From: Lentisphaeria bacterium
GTDB lineage: Bacteria; Verrucomicrobiota; Lentisphaeria; JABSQK01; JAWLHB01
Assembly: GCA_041690595.1 (NCBI GenBank)
Contig: JAWLHB010000022.1
Span: 1 to 64,000, forward strand
Length of the DNA stretch: 64,000 nucleotides
Direction: 5' to 3'
In this document: positions 60,678 to 64,000 of the stretch, one piece after another
Numbering within the stretch: the first letter of the stretch is position 1
Layout of the letters: each line of letters begins with the position of its first letter
The notes under the pieces: model-generated
Database searches by the model: none
The model's input: only the letters and a program-made list of their open reading frames with translations
Told to the model about the DNA's origin: nothing
Position numbers and translations under genes: made by a program

Positions 60678-62126
60678 ATGAAGCATCGCGTTGACGTCCT
60701 TGTATATGACTCTACCTCGAGCGGGTTGATTGCAGCCATCACCGCCGCGCGCCGTGGGCTTCGCGTCCTCGTCATCACCGAAGACAAGCACCTTGGTGGC
60801 ATGCAGACAGCCGGATTGGGCAACACCAATACCGGCGAACCCGCCACGCTCTCCGGCTATACCCGTGAATTCCACGACCGCATTCTCGCCTGGTATCGCC
60901 AGCGCTACGGGGCCGATTCGCGCCAGGTGACGGCATGCCGCGATGGATGGTTTTTCGAACCCCATGTTGCCGAGGCTGTCTTCGAGGCATGGATCGCCGA
61001 GCACGATATTGAGATCTGGCGGCAGGTGCGTCTTGTCGCGGTCGACAAGGAGCGCAATCGTCTGGTCGGCATTCGCCTGGCGGATGGGCGCCACGTCATG
61101 GCGCGCGCCTTCATCGATGCCTCGTACGAGGGTGACCTGGCGCATCTGGCTCATTGTACGACCCGCATCGGGCGTGAGGCGGTGACGGAATATCGGGAGA
61201 AGCATGCCGGCATCCGCGCGCCCGCCGCCGAGCTTGGTCTCTCCGACCACCTTACGCAGGCCTACGACTATCGCCTCTGCCTGACTCAGAGCGAGGATCG
61301 CCTGCCATTTGAACGCCCGGAAGGATACGACGCGGATCTTTACGAGGATTGGCGAGCCCACTTTCGGCGACGCCAGCCGACCACCCTGGCCCGTGCGCTC
61401 CCGCTGAACATGATGCCGAATGGCAAGACCGATTCCCGCTCAGGCGAGTGGGTCGGCGGGTGCACCCATTACCCGGCCGCCAGCTTCATCGAGCGGCAGG
61501 CGATCGCGGCGGCGCACAAGCGTTACACCCAGGGCTGGATCTGGTTCCTGTTGACCGACCCGGTGATTCCCACGCATGTCCAGGACGAGCTGCGCACCTG
61601 GGGCCATGCCGCCGACGAATTCGTCGACAACGACAACTGGCCCTACCATCTCTATGTGCGGGAAGCGCGACGGCTGGTCGGCGACTGGGTGATGACCGAG
61701 CACCATATCTTCGAGCGCGAGCAACCGGATGCGATCGGGATCGGTTCCTTCTATCTTGACGTCCATGCCGTCCGCACGATTATCGGAGAAGATGGCCAGC
61801 CTGAATGGGAGGGGAGCCTCAACTGTGTGCCGGTAAAGCCTTACGCCATCCCTTACCGCGTTTCACTGCCGCGGCAGGACGAGGCGGACAATCTCTGGAC
61901 CACCTTCACCCTCTCCGCCTCTCATGTCGCCTTCTCGACCTTGCGCATGGAGCCCTACTTCACCCAGATTGGCCAGGCCGCCGGCAATGCCGCGGCGCTG
62001 GCCATCGATAGTGGTTGTCCGGCGGCGAAGATCTCCATCGGCGAGTTGCAGAAGCTCCTCTCCGAGCAGGGGCAGCGCCACGACCCGATGCTCTTCCCCA
62101 ACTACTGGCCCTCCGATCCCGCCTGA
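60678..62126 (+). CDS. FAD-dependent oxidoreductase (FAD_oxidored family)
   Basis: HLGGMQTAGLG, FEPHVAE, FIDASYEGDL, LYVREARRL, IPYR, SASHVAFSTLRMEP. Confidence 0.88.
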   Translation: MKHRVDVLVYDSTSSGLIAAITAARRGLRVLVITEDKHLGGMQTAGLGNTNTGEPATLSGYTREFHDRILAWYRQRYGADSRQVTACRDGWFFEPHVAEAVFEAWIAEHDIEIWRQVRLVAVDKERNRLVGIRLADGRHVMARAFIDASYEGDLAHLAHCTTRIGREAVTEYREKHAGIRAPAAELGLSDHLTQAYDYRLCLTQSEDRLPFERPEGYDADLYEDWRAHFRRRQPTTLARALPLNMMPNGKTDSRSGEWVGGCTHYPAASFIERQAIAAAHKRYTQGWIWFLLTDPVIPTHVQDELRTWGHAADEFVDNDNWPYHLYVREARRLVGDWVMTEHHIFEREQPDAIGIGSFYLDVHAVRTIIGEDGQPEWEGSLNCVPVKPYAIPYRVSLPRQDEADNLWTTFTLSASHVAFSTLRMEPYFTQIGQAAGNAAALAIDSGCPAAKISIGELQKLLSEQGQRHDPMLFPNYWPSDPA

Positions 62127-62169
62127 TCTCAGAAACCGATGGCAAGCTGCATGGTCAGGCCATGCATCC

Positions 62170-63588
62170 TCACGAACGGCGGGTGCGCTTCCAGCGGCGG
62201 GGGAACATGCTGCGCAGGCTCCAGACCCCTTCCGCGTCGCGAAGGAGCAGGCCGGTCCCCATAATGACGCCGTCATACTCGAGGAGCACGTAGCCGGGGC
62301 TGCAATCGCCAACCTGCTCCGGGGCGAGCGCAAAGACCTCGCGATGGAGATAGCCGGGTATCTGATCCGAGCTGAGAACAAGCCGGTTGCGGGTGGCGCG
62401 GGCACCGAAACGCAGCGCCCCGGGAACGGTCAGCTTGGGCACCTCGATATGCGTCCGCACGGCAAGCAGACCGCTGGCAATCGGGGGCGGCTCCGCGGGG
62501 GGAAGCAGTCCTTCTCCCCAGAGAAAAAGAGACGAAGCCTGGTCGTGATGCGAATGGAGGTGGTCAAAGATCGATGCGGGTAGCCCGAAGCGCTCGCACA
62601 CCGCCTCCAGCGAAGGAGATGAGGCCAGCTCCGGCGCGACCACCGGTGGCGACGGCTCGGCCTCTCCCAGCTTCTCGATCAGGCAGCAGAAGAAGCCGCC
62701 GGTGTCGTTATGGTGAGGCCAGATGCGCATCGCATGCACCAAGTCGGGCAGATACTCACGCCCTTCCCATGCAGTCAGCCCGGGCGCGCTGATGAACCCC
62801 GGAACGACAGCGGGACGGATGCGGACCATGTGCGGCGGCAGCTCCCGCAGAACGTGATCGACGACGCCTTCGTTCTCCTCCGGCGCATAGGTGCAGGTAC
62901 TATAGAGGATGCGTCCACCGGGGCGGCAGAGATGAATCGCCTTCCGCAGCAGCGCCCGTTGCGCTCCACTCTTGCGGCGGGAGAAGCTGTTGTCGACCTC
63001 TTCGAGGAGTTCGGGATGCTTGCGCGTGGTCCCCTCGCACGAACAGGGCACATCGACCAGCACTCGGTCGAACTGCCCAGCGGCGGGCGGAAAGTTCGCG
63101 CCATCGGCATTGGTGATGCTGACAATCGCGCTGCCGAAGCGTTCGACACTCTGGCGCAACCCCTTGAGGCGACGACGGTTGAGATCGTTCGCCACCAGCG
63201 TGCCGCGCTCCCGCATCGCTGCCGCCAGCATCAGGCTCTTCATACCCGGCGCGGCGCAGAGGTCGAGCACCCGCTCCCCCGGCTGGGGATCCAGAAGCAG
63301 CACGGGGAGTGCCGAGGTCTCTTCGACAATCTGGTAGAGGCCCGCGAAATACTCCCAGCGCCCTCCCATCCGCACCTCGGCCGGAAGCCGCCAGAGACCA
63401 GGCAGCGCGCTTGCCGTGCCGCGTCCCTGCAGCAGGCGCTCACGCCGCGCGGCATCCACCCGCTCCGGATGAAGCCAGACGCACGTCACCGGCGGTCGCG
63501 TGACAGCCTCGCGGAAAGCCGGCCAATCGTCTATCAGCGGCTGGTAACGGCGCAGCGACGTGAGATCGATCGAGTCGGCATTGTTCAC
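62170..63588 (-). CDS. RsmB/NOP2/RsmF-family RNA m5C methyltransferase
   Basis: VLDLCAAPGMK, FDRVLVDVPCSCEG, LYSTCTYAPEENE, RIWPH..TGGFF. Confidence 0.92.
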   Translation of the reverse strand: MNNADSIDLTSLRRYQPLIDDWPAFREAVTRPPVTCVWLHPERVDAARRERLLQGRGTASALPGLWRLPAEVRMGGRWEYFAGLYQIVEETSALPVLLLDPQPGERVLDLCAAPGMKSLMLAAAMRERGTLVANDLNRRRLKGLRQSVERFGSAIVSITNADGANFPPAAGQFDRVLVDVPCSCEGTTRKHPELLEEVDNSFSRRKSGAQRALLRKAIHLCRPGGRILYSTCTYAPEENEGVVDHVLRELPPHMVRIRPAVVPGFISAPGLTAWEGREYLPDLVHAMRIWPHHNDTGGFFCCLIEKLGEAEPSPPVVAPELASSPSLEAVCERFGLPASIFDHLHSHHDQASSLFLWGEGLLPPAEPPPIASGLLAVRTHIEVPKLTVPGALRFGARATRNRLVLSSDQIPGYLHREVFALAPEQVGDCSPGYVLLEYDGVIMGTGLLLRDAEGVWSLRSMFPRRWKRTRRS

Positions 63589-63742
63589 TTCAGGACCTTT
63601 GCGGGCATGTGGCTCTGCTTGACGAAGAAATGTTGAGGTGGCATTCTCTTAGCTCATCAATCTATCACACCAGCAGGGGTAGGTACAGTGGCATGAATGC
63701 CGACCTGCCGCCACGTTCCATCAACACTTTCATTCTGGACTC

Positions 63743-64000
63743 ATGACCATGCTGCGAACGCTTCTCGCCTTGTGCCTGCTCTCCGTCTCCACGCATGCCG
63801 TCGACTTTTATGTGGATAACGTCAACGGCAAGGACGACCATGACGGTTTGAGCGCCGTGGTGGCGGACGGTCATGGCCCCCTGCACACGATCAATCTCGC
63901 GCTGCGCAAGGCGGGCGCCGGGGACACCATCCATCTGGCCGACACCGGCGTCATGTATAGGCAGGTCATCAACCTCTATGAGCATCCCGGCGGCAAGGAA
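63743..64000 (+). CDS. secreted right-handed beta-helix (pectate-lyase-like) protein, 5' part, truncated by window edge
   Basis: Frame open to the end: signal peptide MTMLRTLLALCLLSVSTHA, then FYVDNVNGKDDHDG...GPLHTINLALRKAGAGDTIHL. Confidence 0.75.
   Translation, partial: MTMLRTLLALCLLSVSTHAVDFYVDNVNGKDDHDGLSAVVADGHGPLHTINLALRKAGAGDTIHLADTGVMYRQVINLYEHPGGKE

Overview
GC-rich bacterial scaffold fragment with one 100-N gap. The gene content (prepilin-like H-X9-DG proteins, DUF4838-like proteins, many secreted glycosidase-like genes) suggests a PVC-superphylum organism, possibly Lentisphaerae; this is inference. From left to right: (1) the 3' end of a 5S rRNA and its terminator; (2) sugar-catabolism and housekeeping genes (GH39-like, SDR, IclR, Gfo/Idh/MocA, hemB, valS, ECF sigma with zinc anti-sigma, large secreted proteins, GH20); (3) a type I-C CRISPR-Cas locus on the minus strand (WYL, small ORF, cas3, cas5c, cas8c, cas7c, decayed cas4, leader, array of about 108 repeats), with no cas1 or cas2 and a modular hairpin-repeat mosaic on each side; (4) a LacI-led glycan-catabolic cluster of about 22 kb; (5) a SEC-C protein, an FAD oxidoreductase, an RsmB/RsmF-type methyltransferase and a truncated beta-helix protein. 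The most interesting signal is in the cas3-cas5 intergenic region: an antisense degenerate mini-array (pseudo-repeat, 30-nt spacer, hairpin). Its spacer partially matches a TTC-PAM-flanked site overlapping the predicted cas5-cas8c-cas7 promoter. This suggests a CreR-like crRNA-like RNA that lets Cascade repress its own operon.
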